DNA from: Sedimentisphaerales bacterium
GTDB taxonomy: Bacteria > Planctomycetota > Phycisphaerae > Sedimentisphaerales > Anaerobacaceae
Reading direction: 5' to 3'
Assembly (NCBI GenBank): GCA_963708075.1
Contig: OY970194.1
Span: 4,416,001 to 4,480,000 of the forward strand
DNA length: 64,000 nt
Both the position numbers and the translations under genes were made by a program. The notes under the pieces were generated by a model, which made no database searches, had not been told where the DNA came from, and saw only the letters and a list, made by a program, of their open reading frames with translations. Below, in pieces: positions 49,177 through 59,263 of this stretch (position 1 is the first letter of the stretch; each line of letters starts with the position of its first letter).

Positions 49177-50115
49177 ATGAACGAGAGAACCCACGATATC
49201 GCCGGCAGAAGATCTCCGTGGCTGGCCGGGCTTTTGTCCTTCATCATGCCGGGCATCGGGCAGGTGTACTGTGGAAAGCTTGTGCGCGGGCTGGTCTTCG
49301 GGATCGTCTACGGCCTGGCAATTCCGGCGACACTCGGATTGCTCGCCTACGTCGGTCCGGCTCCCACGGTGCTGTTCGGATTGCTGGCGTTCGTCGCGGC
49401 GCTCGGCGTCGTCGCGGCCGCGGTGATCGATGCCTACCGGCTGGCGGTCAGGACGCGACTCGATTACGAACGGAAGTCTTACAATCGCCCCGCCGTCTAC
49501 CTGCTGATCGGGCTGATGATCCAGGGCAGCGCCATCGGCTACGGCCTGCACGTGCGAGCGAGCCTGTTCGAAGCATTCAGAGTCACTGCCGTTTCCATGT
49601 TTCCCACGATCGGGCTCAACGATCGCATCCTTGGGAACAAGATTGCGTATCGCAAGGCCGATCCGCAGTACGGGGACATCGTCCTGTTCCGCCCGCCGAC
49701 CGGGGATTGGCGCGGCACCTATATCAAGAGAATCGTGGCACTCGGAGGCGACACAGTACAGATCAAGGACAAGGAGGTCTACGTCAACGGTCAGAAGCTG
49801 CCACGGGAGTTGATGGGTCCGGGCACGGTTGCCGCGGACCCTGCCGGCGAGTTAGCCTTCAAAGGCAATATCTACAAAGAGCGGAATGGACGCGCGGAAT
49901 ACACGATATTCCTTACTGATGCCGGCGCTCCTGAGAAAGCGGCGTTCACAGAGATCACAGTGCCCGGGCACCACTGTTTCGTGCTCGGGGATGCCCGTGA
50001 CGATTCCCTCGACAGCCGCCAGTTCGGGCCGATCCCCTATGCCCTCATCAAGGGTCGCGCGGATTACCTCTACTGGCCCGCCAGGGACTGGTCCCGCTTT
50101 GGGCGTCTGCAGTGA
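49177..50115 (+). CDS. lepB: Signal peptidase I with extra N-terminal TM domain
   Basis: SMFPT (Ser), GDIVLF, YIKRIVALGGD (Lys), FVLGD.RDDSLDSRQFG. Confidence 0.88.
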   Translation: MNERTHDIAGRRSPWLAGLLSFIMPGIGQVYCGKLVRGLVFGIVYGLAIPATLGLLAYVGPAPTVLFGLLAFVAALGVVAAAVIDAYRLAVRTRLDYERKSYNRPAVYLLIGLMIQGSAIGYGLHVRASLFEAFRVTAVSMFPTIGLNDRILGNKIAYRKADPQYGDIVLFRPPTGDWRGTYIKRIVALGGDTVQIKDKEVYVNGQKLPRELMGPGTVAADPAGELAFKGNIYKERNGRAEYTIFLTDAGAPEKAAFTEITVPGHHCFVLGDARDDSLDSRQFGPIPYALIKGRADYLYWPARDWSRFGRLQ

Positions 50116-50259
50116 GCCGGCGGCCGGGGCAACAAGACGCACGCGCAAGTGACCTCATTGTGCCCTTGAAACAAGCCTATTCATGAGCCATTATATCGGA
50201 TACTTAAATCCGAGGACTGACCCTTTTTCCTCTCTCCGGACGCTTCGTGTCTTGGGGCA

Positions 50260-53200
50260 TCACTGTGGCGCGCTGAGCTGGTCGAGGAGCAGGTGCAACT
50301 CGGCGGCATCGTCGTAGTCGAGATTCGGGTCGGCGGCCAGGGCCCGGTCACGCGAACCGGAGAGGATGGATTGCAGGGCGGGAAGCAAGGGGCGGGCGTA
50401 GTCCGGCAGACGCGGGTCTTGGGCGAGTTGAGCCAGTTCAGCGGCGGCTTGGGCGGGATGACCTTCCGCAATGGCTTGGGCGACGGCGGCGCAGAGCTGC
50501 ACAGTCGCTCCGCCCACCTGGCTCTCGCCCCCGTCACGGCGGTAGGCGAGGTAGGCGGCGATGGCTTGCTTACGGGCTTGGGCGGCGGCAGGTGCGTTGC
50601 CCACGGCGCGCTCGATGTTGCTGAGGATGGCGAAGGTCTTCCACGGCTCGGCAGCGTGACCAAAGGGCCTCTTGCACTCAACGGCACGCTGGCTTTCGCG
50701 ACGGGCTTCCTCATGACGCCCCAGGGCAAGCAATTGGATCGCGATGTTGTGGTGATCACGTCCTTCGTTGGCCAGATCAGCGATGTCGGGGGTGGCGTGG
50801 ATGTCAGCGGCCTGCCTATAGAAATGAACCGCGTCTTCCCCACGCCCCATTTCAGAGTAGAGGTTCCCAAGTTCACCCAGAGTGCTGGCCTCGTCCACAC
50901 GATCACCGAGCTGAACCTTGATCCGCAGAGCCTCCTGGTAGGCGTGCTCGGCGGCTTGATATTGGCTTGTCCAGTTGTAGACCATGCCGATCTGATGCCA
51001 AGCTCTAGCAACGTTGGCTGGCTCGCCCAGGCCCTCGAATGTCTCTCTCGCCTCGGTGTAGACTGATAGCGCGTCTGCGTAACTCCCTTGGAGCAGGCGG
51101 ACAGTGCCGAGTTGGGCTTTGCCGACAGCAACTTGACGCATATCGTCGAGCCGTTCCGCCAGCCTGATATTCTCCTCGTAGGCGGCAGCAGCCTGATCGA
51201 GTTGGCCAAGGTCGCGGAGGCAGTCGGCGCGTTCGACTAAGCTAACGGACGCCATGCGGGCAGCGTCCTTGTCTCCAGCGTCGGCGAGTCTCTGGAAGCG
51301 CGCTCGGGCCTCGGCCAACGACGCCAGCGCGGATTGCGGATCGCCGCTCGAGCTCAAGGCGCGACCCAAGACAATGTGGCACATCGCTAAGTCATAGGCT
51401 GCCTCATCGTAGGCGGTTTCGCCACTGGCTTGGACGCGAGCGAGCAGGCTACGGGCGACGGGAACGGCTTCGGTAGTTCGACCAGCGTCGAGCAGACGGT
51501 CCACGGCGGCGGACTCGGCCAAGTAGCGGGCGTGGCTCCATTCGCCGAGGCGGGCGGCGGCTTGCTCGCGGAGGGCGGCGGCGCGGGCCAGGGCCTTGGA
51601 GCGGCCCAGCGGTTGCAGGAGGCCTTCGAGGCAGGTGGCTATCTGCACGACGGAATCCCAAGTGATGGTTGATGGTTGATCGTTGATGGTTGATTGAGCG
51701 GCGCGGAAGCGGTGTTCGAGGGCGGCGAGGAGGTTCGGGAGTTCGAGCAGTGTGAGCGTCGCGGCGAGGTGCGGGTCTTTGAACTTCTGCTCGTAGAGGA
51801 AGCCGGTCAGTTGGGACATAGCGGCGGCCCAGGCGGCTTCGGCGGCCTGGCGTTGTGCTCCGCTCAACTCACACTCCAGCGCCGGCCCCAACGCCGGGTC
51901 CAGCCGCAGGTAGCCGTAGGGAAGCAGTTCGGCAAGGCCGACTTGGACGAGGGCGGCGGCGGCCGCTTGAGCAATCGCGGCCTTTTGCTTGTGATCTTCA
52001 ACTCCCGGCGTCAGCAGCGCACCGATAGTGAACAGGTGTCCTCCACCTTGCAGGACCGCCAGCGGCGGGAGGAGTTGGCGCAATTCTTCCGGCAGGCGGC
52101 GCAGGGAGAGTTCGACGCTGGCGAAGAGGGATAGCTCGCGGGCGTTGAGCTTGTCGCCGTGCCTGGCGTGCAGGACCTGCATGATTTGACGGATGGCCTC
52201 GGTGGTCGGCGGCAGGCGGTGTTCGATGAGCTCGCGGGCCACGAGGACCAGGCTGCGTGCGTGGCAGTTCACGGCCTCGACCAGCGCCTCGATCTGCTGC
52301 TCGTTTTCCACGTCGCCGGCGGCACGCGGCATCCGCTCACCCTCGCCGAGCACCTTGCCTACCAACTCAATGGCCTCGGGCCTGCTCAGCCGGTCAATGG
52401 TGAGGTGGTGCCCATCAAACGGCTCCGGCAAGGGCGTGCGCGTGGTGAAGATCAGCCGCGTGCTGCCCACAACCGATAGCCGCTCGCAGAGGGCGAGCAG
52501 GTCGGAAAGGATCTTAGGGTCGAATGCCCCGGCTGCTTGGGCCGCATCCGCCTGCCATCCTACCGGCGGCAGTACGGACTCGCAGTTGTCCATGACGATG
52601 ATCGTCCGATGGTCGCGCAGGGCACGCTCGACGTATTGCTCGGCCTTGGCGGGTTCCTGTCCGGCCTTGCTGAGGAAGTCGGGCACGAGTTGCTCGCCAA
52701 TGGCCCAGAGGACGGCGCGGGCGTCGCCGCATTGTTCCAGGCTCACAAACGCCGCACGGCGGAATCTTTGGCTGGCCACGAGCCAGCGGGCCAGCTCGCA
52801 GCCGAGGACGGTCTTGCCCTCGCCGCCTTCGCCTCGCAAGACCACATAGCGAGGCGCATCGTCACCGCTGCGACAGAGGAGACGCTCGGCCATGAGCAAT
52901 TCGCGGCTGCGGCCTACGAAGCTGTGCTTGGGCGGCTCCGGCAGTTTGCCCAGCGCGAGCCGGCGGGCCTTCTTGATCTCCTCGCGGACGCGCTCTGGCG
53001 GCAATTCGTGGATGAGCTGGGGATCGATCTGTTCCTGGAACAGCACGGGCACAAACCAGTCTTCCATCTTCAGTTCGCCGGTGAAGGCCTTGCCGCGACG
53101 CGTATCGGCCTTGAGCGCCTGCTGGGCGGCGAGCATGGCCTGGCCGACGCGCTCGCCCCCAAGGAGTTTCTGGTAGAAGACGCTGATGAACCGGCGAGCG

Positions 53201-54789
53201 GTCTCGACGAGCACGCTGTGGCTCATGGCCGCGACGGAAGCGACACCACCCTGCAACAGCCGGCCAGCCACGGAAGACGTCGGGTCCTTTTCGGTCTGCG
53301 CGGATTGGCAAGCCTCCAGGAAGAACAGGGGCACATGGTAGTTGCGAACGATGCCTGCGATCTTCTCGGCATTTATGAGTTCGCCTCGGCGGCGTTCGAG
53401 TTTGGCGACGTCGTCCGAGTGCTCAAAGACCAGTGCGCCGAGGCCGTGACGGCCCCCCAGCCCCTCCCGGCCTGCATGGTCGAAGACACCGTGGCCGTCA
53501 AAATGGACGACGTGGTAAGGCTCGCCCGCTACGTACGCACGTTTCAGCTCGGCCTGCAACGTTGGGAACGTGGGTGGGTTGAGGATGGTGAGCCGGGCAA
53601 GCTCGCCTAGTGCGGCAAGAGATTCGACGAGCGGCCGGGCACTGACCCGGTGGTCAATATAGGAAATCCGGAGATCCTTGTCGTCCTGCTCCGGGCGCGG
53701 GCTGACGAGCAGAACGCGCAGCGGGGCCTTGGTGATGATCGGGTCCTTGATTGTCTGGTTCGGCAGGCGTCGGCGTACACAGACACCGGTTGCATCGTGG
53801 AATAGGTAGTCGCTGTCGTCGTGGACCAGCTCCCAGGGCAGCGAAAGGAGCAATGCGGCCGCCTCTTTGGCGTCGTCTTCCTTCGCGGCCTTCACCTTGT
53901 CGTCCAGGGTTGGGTCGGCGAGGAAGTTCTCGTCCACGAGGACGGAGAAGCGGCGCTCGGTGTTGGGACGCGGCTGGTTCCAGGCGGAGAAGGCGTTGCG
54001 TCCGGCGTCGTGCGTGAGAGCGGGCGCGATGGCGGCTTTGTAGAGTTGCTGGCCCCATTGGGGCAGGGCGTCCACGACGGCCTTGGCGCGGTCGGCGAAG
54101 ACACCTTCCGTGGCCGGCCAGCGCGGATAGCCTTCGAGATACCAGGCCAGTTCGCCTGCTTCAATGGCGCCAAGCGGCGCTTCAAAGCGGAACGCCCGGC
54201 TGCGAACGTCCTCCGCGTTCGGTTCCGGCGGATTGTAGATGAGGACCGCCCTGGCTGCGGCGCGGCGTTTGCCGCCGGAGTGGACGACGATAGCCGGCTC
54301 GGACAGTTCGAGGATGAGATCGGCGACAGGTGTGCCGTCCTTGGCCGGCGCGGGCTGCGGATCGTTCGGCAAGGCAAGGCCGAGAGCGGCGAAGATCTCG
54401 GGGAGGGCCTTCTGAATGCGGTCGGGACCTTCCGCGAGCTTGATGCCAACCGGCTCCTCGCCAAACCAGAGCCTCAGCGACGCCGGCTCGACGCCCGGCA
54501 GCAGCAGAGGAACGAGTTTGAAGCCGTCGCTGCGCTTCTGTGCGACCTTCCGGGCATACGCGACTTCTTCCTGGACCCAAGGGGAGTTGGCCGTCTTCGG
54601 GCCAAGGACGACGCTGAAGTGGTCTGCCTGTTCAATGGCCTTCTGAATCCGTACGCGCAGCGGCTCGCCACCAGACAGTTCCCGCGAGTCCGCCCAAACC
54701 GTGACGCCGCGAGCCTCCAGGGCTTCGCGCAGTTCCTTGACCACCGTGTCATCGGCGGTGGCATGCGAGATGAAGAGGGCGTTGCCCAT
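50260..54789 (-). CDS. TIR + CHAT (caspase-like) + STAND NTPase + TPR protein, 1509 aa
   Basis: FISHA..D...SPWVQEE (TIR); HVVHFDGHG and LEACQS (CHAT His/Cys); FVGR.REL, GEGGEGKT, IVMDNCE (STAND); C-terminal TPRs. Confidence 0.92.
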   Translation of the reverse strand: MGNALFISHATADDTVVKELREALEARGVTVWADSRELSGGEPLRVRIQKAIEQADHFSVVLGPKTANSPWVQEEVAYARKVAQKRSDGFKLVPLLLPGVEPASLRLWFGEEPVGIKLAEGPDRIQKALPEIFAALGLALPNDPQPAPAKDGTPVADLILELSEPAIVVHSGGKRRAAARAVLIYNPPEPNAEDVRSRAFRFEAPLGAIEAGELAWYLEGYPRWPATEGVFADRAKAVVDALPQWGQQLYKAAIAPALTHDAGRNAFSAWNQPRPNTERRFSVLVDENFLADPTLDDKVKAAKEDDAKEAAALLLSLPWELVHDDSDYLFHDATGVCVRRRLPNQTIKDPIITKAPLRVLLVSPRPEQDDKDLRISYIDHRVSARPLVESLAALGELARLTILNPPTFPTLQAELKRAYVAGEPYHVVHFDGHGVFDHAGREGLGGRHGLGALVFEHSDDVAKLERRRGELINAEKIAGIVRNYHVPLFFLEACQSAQTEKDPTSSVAGRLLQGGVASVAAMSHSVLVETARRFISVFYQKLLGGERVGQAMLAAQQALKADTRRGKAFTGELKMEDWFVPVLFQEQIDPQLIHELPPERVREEIKKARRLALGKLPEPPKHSFVGRSRELLMAERLLCRSGDDAPRYVVLRGEGGEGKTVLGCELARWLVASQRFRRAAFVSLEQCGDARAVLWAIGEQLVPDFLSKAGQEPAKAEQYVERALRDHRTIIVMDNCESVLPPVGWQADAAQAAGAFDPKILSDLLALCERLSVVGSTRLIFTTRTPLPEPFDGHHLTIDRLSRPEAIELVGKVLGEGERMPRAAGDVENEQQIEALVEAVNCHARSLVLVARELIEHRLPPTTEAIRQIMQVLHARHGDKLNARELSLFASVELSLRRLPEELRQLLPPLAVLQGGGHLFTIGALLTPGVEDHKQKAAIAQAAAAALVQVGLAELLPYGYLRLDPALGPALECELSGAQRQAAEAAWAAAMSQLTGFLYEQKFKDPHLAATLTLLELPNLLAALEHRFRAAQSTINDQPSTITWDSVVQIATCLEGLLQPLGRSKALARAAALREQAAARLGEWSHARYLAESAAVDRLLDAGRTTEAVPVARSLLARVQASGETAYDEAAYDLAMCHIVLGRALSSSGDPQSALASLAEARARFQRLADAGDKDAARMASVSLVERADCLRDLGQLDQAAAAYEENIRLAERLDDMRQVAVGKAQLGTVRLLQGSYADALSVYTEARETFEGLGEPANVARAWHQIGMVYNWTSQYQAAEHAYQEALRIKVQLGDRVDEASTLGELGNLYSEMGRGEDAVHFYRQAADIHATPDIADLANEGRDHHNIAIQLLALGRHEEARRESQRAVECKRPFGHAAEPWKTFAILSNIERAVGNAPAAAQARKQAIAAYLAYRRDGGESQVGGATVQLCAAVAQAIAEGHPAQAAAELAQLAQDPRLPDYARPLLPALQSILSGSRDRALAADPNLDYDDAAELHLLLDQLSAPQ

Positions 54790-54950
54790 GCTTGACCTCC
54801 GTCACTCATCCGGAATGCCTGGGCGGTTCTCCCCGTCCGTCAACTGCCATGGCGGACATGAGCCCCAACCGTGCCGGCGGCGCATCCCAAAGATGGAGTC
54901 CCGTTTAACCTCGAAATTGGCCCGCGGCCGGATAACTGCGCACCTCAGAC

Positions 54951-54979
54951 ATCTTACAGCGAGGCTCTCGCAATGTCAA
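54951..54979 (-). promoter_or_regulatory. Sigma70-type promoter of the TIR-CHAT-STAND gene
   Basis: TTGACA-17bp-TAAGAT on the minus strand. Confidence 0.6.
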
Positions 54980-55183
54980 CGCAGCAAACGTCTTTGAAGG
55001 ATTGAAGGTGTCACTCATCCGGGGCGAAGGGCCCATGGATCGGCGTAACTCCATGTGCAGCAAGAGCTTGCCTTCATAGAAGCGGACTGGCCCTGTGGGT
55101 CATGGGCAGGATGCCCATGCTACGACGAAGCAACCTCTCACACGCCCCCCCCAAGGCAGTTGGGGGCCGGGGTGCAGCGAGAG

Positions 55184-55657
55184 CTACTGCTCCTGCGTGC
55201 AACCACTTGTACCGCAAGGACTTACGGGCTGACTGGACGAGTTCATGAACGGACAGCCGGTGGTCTGGGGCTTCGCCATGGTGCAGCCAGCAGCCGGGGC
55301 TTCGCCGGTCTTTGGGCAGCAGGGCATTGGGCAGCCTTCGGTGCCGGTGCAGGGAGTGGCGGCTGCCGCCATGCCGGTGCATGGGGTGGCGGTTGCCGCT
55401 ATGCCGGGCCATGGGGTTGTGGCAGCCGCGGTGCCGCCACTTGGGGCTGCGTGGACTTGAGGATCGGCGGAGGCAGCGGTCATCCTGGGGCACGCATCGG
55501 TGTTCATTAACGGGCAGCCGTCGCAGTTGGCCTCTACTGCCACTTGCGGGGCCTGGGTCGGTCTATCGATATAGCCGGCCAGCAGGCCGGTGCCGGCGGC
55601 CAAAGCCGCGATGACTAAGACGGCGGGAATCAGGCGCTTTGATAAGATCGCTTTCAT
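55184..55657 (-). CDS. Small secreted Cys-rich low-complexity protein
   Basis: RBS GGAG; signal/TM; CDGCP, TPCTG repeats, GCPMPCCP, GCPF. Confidence 0.68.
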   Translation of the reverse strand: MKAILSKRLIPAVLVIAALAAGTGLLAGYIDRPTQAPQVAVEANCDGCPLMNTDACPRMTAASADPQVHAAPSGGTAAATTPWPGIAATATPCTGMAAAATPCTGTEGCPMPCCPKTGEAPAAGCTMAKPQTTGCPFMNSSSQPVSPCGTSGCTQEQ

Positions 55658-55794
55658 CAGTACTCTCCAACCCTTAAACCATGAGTTTCAGTCGGTTCCG
55701 ATAACCACTACGAGTCTTTCGGCCTGACGCAGCATACTGCCGAGACAGGCGTCCGGTTCATTATCGCATAGAATGCGGCCTAACTCAAAATCTT

Positions 55795-55823
55795 TTGACG
55801 GTCGCTCGACGTACAACTATAGT
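55795..55823 (+). promoter_or_regulatory. Sigma70-type promoter of guaBA
   Basis: TTGACG-17bp-TATAGT. Confidence 0.65.
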
Positions 55824-55865
55824 AACGGGTTTACAGTAGGAACGGAAGCGCTGTTGGAGCCGTCT

Positions 55866-57338
55866 ATGAACATTGAGAAGATCATCGCCAAAGGTATCAC
55901 GTTTGACGACGTGCTGTTAATCCCCGGGAAAAGCAGCTTTGTGCCGAACCAGGCGGATACGAGCACGAAGCTCACCCGCAACATCGGGATCAATATCCCC
56001 ATCGTCTCGGCCGCCATGGACACGGTCACCGAATCGGCCCTGGCCATCGCACTGGCGCAGGAGGGCGGGGTCGGCATAATCCACAAAAACCTCAGTATCG
56101 AGGCCCAGAAGCGGGAGGTGGCCAAGGTCAAGCGGTCGGAGAACGGGGTGATCCTCGACCCCGTGACGCTCTCGCCCAGAGAACCGGTGCGACGGGCACA
56201 GGAGCTGATGGCCGAGCAGAACGTGTCCGGTATCCCCATCGTCGAGGGCAAAAAGCTCGTCGGTATCCTGACCCGCCGGGATCTTAAGTTCCTGCGAGAT
56301 TACAGCGTGATGATCGACACGGTCATGACGAAGAAGAACCTCGTGACCGGCCCGGCGGACACCACCCTCGAACAGGCCAAGGAAATACTCTCAACCCATA
56401 AGGTCGAGAAGCTTCTGCTGGTCAACGGGAACGGCGAACTGGCCGGGCTGATCACGATGCGCGACATCGACCGCGTCCAGCAGTACCCGACGGCGGCCAG
56501 GGATAAGCGTGGCCGGCTGCGGGTCGGGGCGGCCGTCAGCGTTCACGAGTACGAGCGGGTCGAAGCCCTGATCGCTGCGGATGTCGATATCATCACTGTC
56601 GATACTGCGCACGGGCACTCGCAAAACGTCATCGACACCGTTAAGAAGATCAAGAAAACCTACAAGATCGACGTGATCGCGGGCAATATCGCCACGGCCG
56701 AGGCGGCCAGGGACCTGATCGACGCCGGCGCCGACGCCGTCAAAGTCGGAATCGGACCCGGGGCCATCTGCACGACCCGCATCATCTCCGGCGTCGGCGT
56801 GCCCCAGATCTCCGCGATCATGGACTGTGCCGAGGTCGCCAACGCCGAGGGCGTGCCGGTCATTGCCGACGGAGGTATCCGCCAGTCCGGCGACATCACC
56901 AAGGCCATCGCCGCGGGTGCATCGAGCGTCATGATCGGCTCGCTGTTCGCCGGCCTCAAAGAAAGCCCCGGCCAACTGGTCATCTACAAGGGCCGGCAGT
57001 TCAAGGAGTATCGCGGCATGGGCTCGCTCGGCGCGATGGTCAAAGGCTCCGCCGAACGCTACGGCCAGAGCAGCAAAACCGACGTCGGCAAACTCGTCCC
57101 CGAGGGCGTCGAAGGACGCGTCCCCTATCGCGGCACACTCAGCGACTTCGTCTATCAGCTCGTCGGCGGCCTGCGGGCCGGTATGGGCTACTGTGGCACC
57201 CGCAACATCGACGAGCTGATGGCCAAGACCCGCTTCGTCCGCGTCACCGCCGCCAGCGTCAGCGAAAGCCATCCCCACGATATCCAAATCACCAAGGAGG
57301 CCCCGAACTATTCCGCGAGCCTGCCCTTCGAAGACTGA
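55866..57338 (+). CDS. guaB: IMP dehydrogenase
   Basis: [19 protein letters not shown] pair, [25 protein letters not shown]. Confidence 0.97.
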   Translation: MNIEKIIAKGITFDDVLLIPGKSSFVPNQADTSTKLTRNIGINIPIVSAAMDTVTESALAIALAQEGGVGIIHKNLSIEAQKREVAKVKRSENGVILDPVTLSPREPVRRAQELMAEQNVSGIPIVEGKKLVGILTRRDLKFLRDYSVMIDTVMTKKNLVTGPADTTLEQAKEILSTHKVEKLLLVNGNGELAGLITMRDIDRVQQYPTAARDKRGRLRVGAAVSVHEYERVEALIAADVDIITVDTAHGHSQNVIDTVKKIKKTYKIDVIAGNIATAEAARDLIDAGADAVKVGIGPGAICTTRIISGVGVPQISAIMDCAEVANAEGVPVIADGGIRQSGDITKAIAAGASSVMIGSLFAGLKESPGQLVIYKGRQFKEYRGMGSLGAMVKGSAERYGQSSKTDVGKLVPEGVEGRVPYRGTLSDFVYQLVGGLRAGMGYCGTRNIDELMAKTRFVRVTAASVSESHPHDIQITKEAPNYSASLPFED

Positions 57339-57342
57339 AAGG

Positions 57343-57445
57343 AAATCAAAAATCAAACATCAAAAATCAAAACTGCGGAATCGCTTCGCGATGCCATTTT
57401 TGGTTTTTGACCTGTCATTTTGACTTTTGATCTTTGAGATTTGAT
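57343..57445. repeat. AAATCAA / TTTTGA heptamer inverted repeat between guaB and guaA
   Basis: aaatcaaaaatcaaacatcaaaaatcaaaa ... ttttgacttttgatctttgagatttga. Similar tract at 30565-30614. Confidence 0.82.
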
Positions 57446-58984
57446 ATGAAAGAGATGATCGCCATCCTGGACTTCGGCAGCCAGTACATCCAACTGATCG
57501 CCCGCCGGGTCCGCGAGCATAACGTCTACTCCCGCATCTACCCGGCGAGCACCCCCGCCGCCGAGCTGGCGAAGCTGCCGCTCAAGGGCATCATCCTCTC
57601 CGGCGGCCCCGCCAGCGTGTACGTCCCCAACGCCCCGCGATGCGACGAGAGGATCTTCGACCTGGGCATCCCCGTCCTCGGCATCTGCTACGGCATGCAG
57701 CTCGGCTCGCAGATGCTCGGCGCCCAAGTAGTTCGCGCCAAGAACCATGAGTACGGCCGGGCCAATCTCACCATCCTCGACAAGGGCGATCTATTCGCCA
57801 ACCTGCCGGACGATACGCTCGTCTGGGCCAGCCACGGCGATCAGGTCACCAAGCCCCCCCAGGGCTTCATCCGTCTCGCCGAGACGAAGACCTGCCCCTA
57901 CGCCGCCGTCCGCCATGCGGAAAAGAAATTCTTCGGCGTCCAGTTCCACCCGGAAGTCAGTCACACGCCCCGAGGCGCGGAAATGCTCAAGAACTTCCTC
58001 TACGGCATCTGCGGCTGCACCGGCGACTGGAAAATGAGCGACTTCGTCAGCGAGTCCGTCCAGAGCATCCGCAAGCGCGTGGGCGACGCCAAAGTCATCT
58101 GCGGCCTCAGCGGCGGCGTCGATTCCTCCGTCACCGCCTCCCTGATCCACCAGGCCATCGGCGACCAGCTCGTCTGCATCCTCGTGGACAACGGCCTGCT
58201 CCGCCGCAACGAACGGGAGAGCATCGTCTCGACTTTCCGCGACCACTTCAAGATGGACCTGCACGTCGTCGACTGGTCGAGCCAGTTCCTCGCTGGCCTG
58301 GCAGGCGTCACCGACCCGCAGCAAAAACGAAAGATCATCGGCGCCGAATTCATCAAGGCTTTCAAGTCCGAGGCCAGCAAGATTCCCAACGCCCACTTCC
58401 TCGCCCAGGGCACGCTCTATCCCGACGTGATCGAGTCCGGCTCGAAGGACGGCAACCCCGCCGCCAACATCAAGCTCCATCACAACGTCGGCGGCCTGCC
58501 CGCCCAGCTCGGCTTCGAGCTGATCGAGCCGCTGCGCGACCTGTTCAAGGACGAGGTCCGCGTCGTCGGCGAATACCTCGGCCTGCCCGAGGACCTCGTC
58601 TGGCGTCATCCCTTCCCCGGTCCCGGCCTGGGCGTCCGAATCCTCGGCGAAGTCACGCCGGCCAAACTCGAAATCCTCCGCGCCGCCGACGAGATCCTGA
58701 TCGACGAAATCAAAGCCGCGGGTTTATACCGCAAAGTCTCGCAGACCCTGGCCGTATTGGTCCCGGTCTCGACGGTCGGCGTCATGGGCGACGAGCGCAG
58801 CTACGAGAACGTGATTGCGATCCGCTCCGTAGATACGACCGACTTCATGACCGCCGACTTCTCGCACATCCCCTACGAGGTCCTCGGCACGATCTCCAGC
58901 CGGATCATCAACGAGGTCCGCGGCGTCAACCGAGTCGTCTACGACATCTCCAGCAAACCCCCCGCCACCATCGAGTGGGAGTAA
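57446..58984 (+). CDS. guaA: GMP synthase (glutamine-hydrolysing)
   Basis: [42 protein letters not shown]. Confidence 0.97.
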   Translation: MKEMIAILDFGSQYIQLIARRVREHNVYSRIYPASTPAAELAKLPLKGIILSGGPASVYVPNAPRCDERIFDLGIPVLGICYGMQLGSQMLGAQVVRAKNHEYGRANLTILDKGDLFANLPDDTLVWASHGDQVTKPPQGFIRLAETKTCPYAAVRHAEKKFFGVQFHPEVSHTPRGAEMLKNFLYGICGCTGDWKMSDFVSESVQSIRKRVGDAKVICGLSGGVDSSVTASLIHQAIGDQLVCILVDNGLLRRNERESIVSTFRDHFKMDLHVVDWSSQFLAGLAGVTDPQQKRKIIGAEFIKAFKSEASKIPNAHFLAQGTLYPDVIESGSKDGNPAANIKLHHNVGGLPAQLGFELIEPLRDLFKDEVRVVGEYLGLPEDLVWRHPFPGPGLGVRILGEVTPAKLEILRAADEILIDEIKAAGLYRKVSQTLAVLVPVSTVGVMGDERSYENVIAIRSVDTTDFMTADFSHIPYEVLGTISSRIINEVRGVNRVVYDISSKPPATIEWE

Positions 58985-59143
58985 CGCTGCGCGATTGCGG
59001 ATTTCGGATTGCAGATTGCGGATTCTCTCTTCGTAGAGCCTGCCCCCGACCTGATCGGGGGTCGTGCGTCCCCGCACGCCCACGCCGCACGCGCGAGCCC
59101 ACGCATTCACACCTGCTCGGGGAAGCAAATGCTGTCATGAGTC

Positions 59144-59171
59144 TTGACAAGCTGTGGCAGATGGTTATAAT
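59144..59171 (+). promoter_or_regulatory. Consensus sigma70 promoter
   Basis: TTGACA-16bp-TATAAT. Confidence 0.75.
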
Positions 59172-59187
59172 ATATTGATAAGGCTGA

Positions 59188-59256
59188 CTCCCTCCTGAAT
59201 TTAGGACTGATGAGTTTGAAAGCCTGAACGCAGAAGTCCCGGGTTGGACGAAGGAG
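59188..59256 (+). ncRNA. Hammerhead-like fold (variant) in a 5' UTR; tentative
   Basis: CTCC-C-TCCT..AGGA-CTGATGA-G..C-GAA-GGAG. Confidence 0.3.
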
Positions 59257-59263
59257 GTGAGGT

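Noticed and set aside
58960..59100. guaA-associated integrative element attachment site
   Set aside because: No integrase follows guaA and no duplicate of its 3' end was seen in the window.
59178..59225. Fluoride riboswitch (CTGATGA motif)
   Set aside because: It lacks the 5' GATG pseudoknot segment, and the downstream gene is unrelated.
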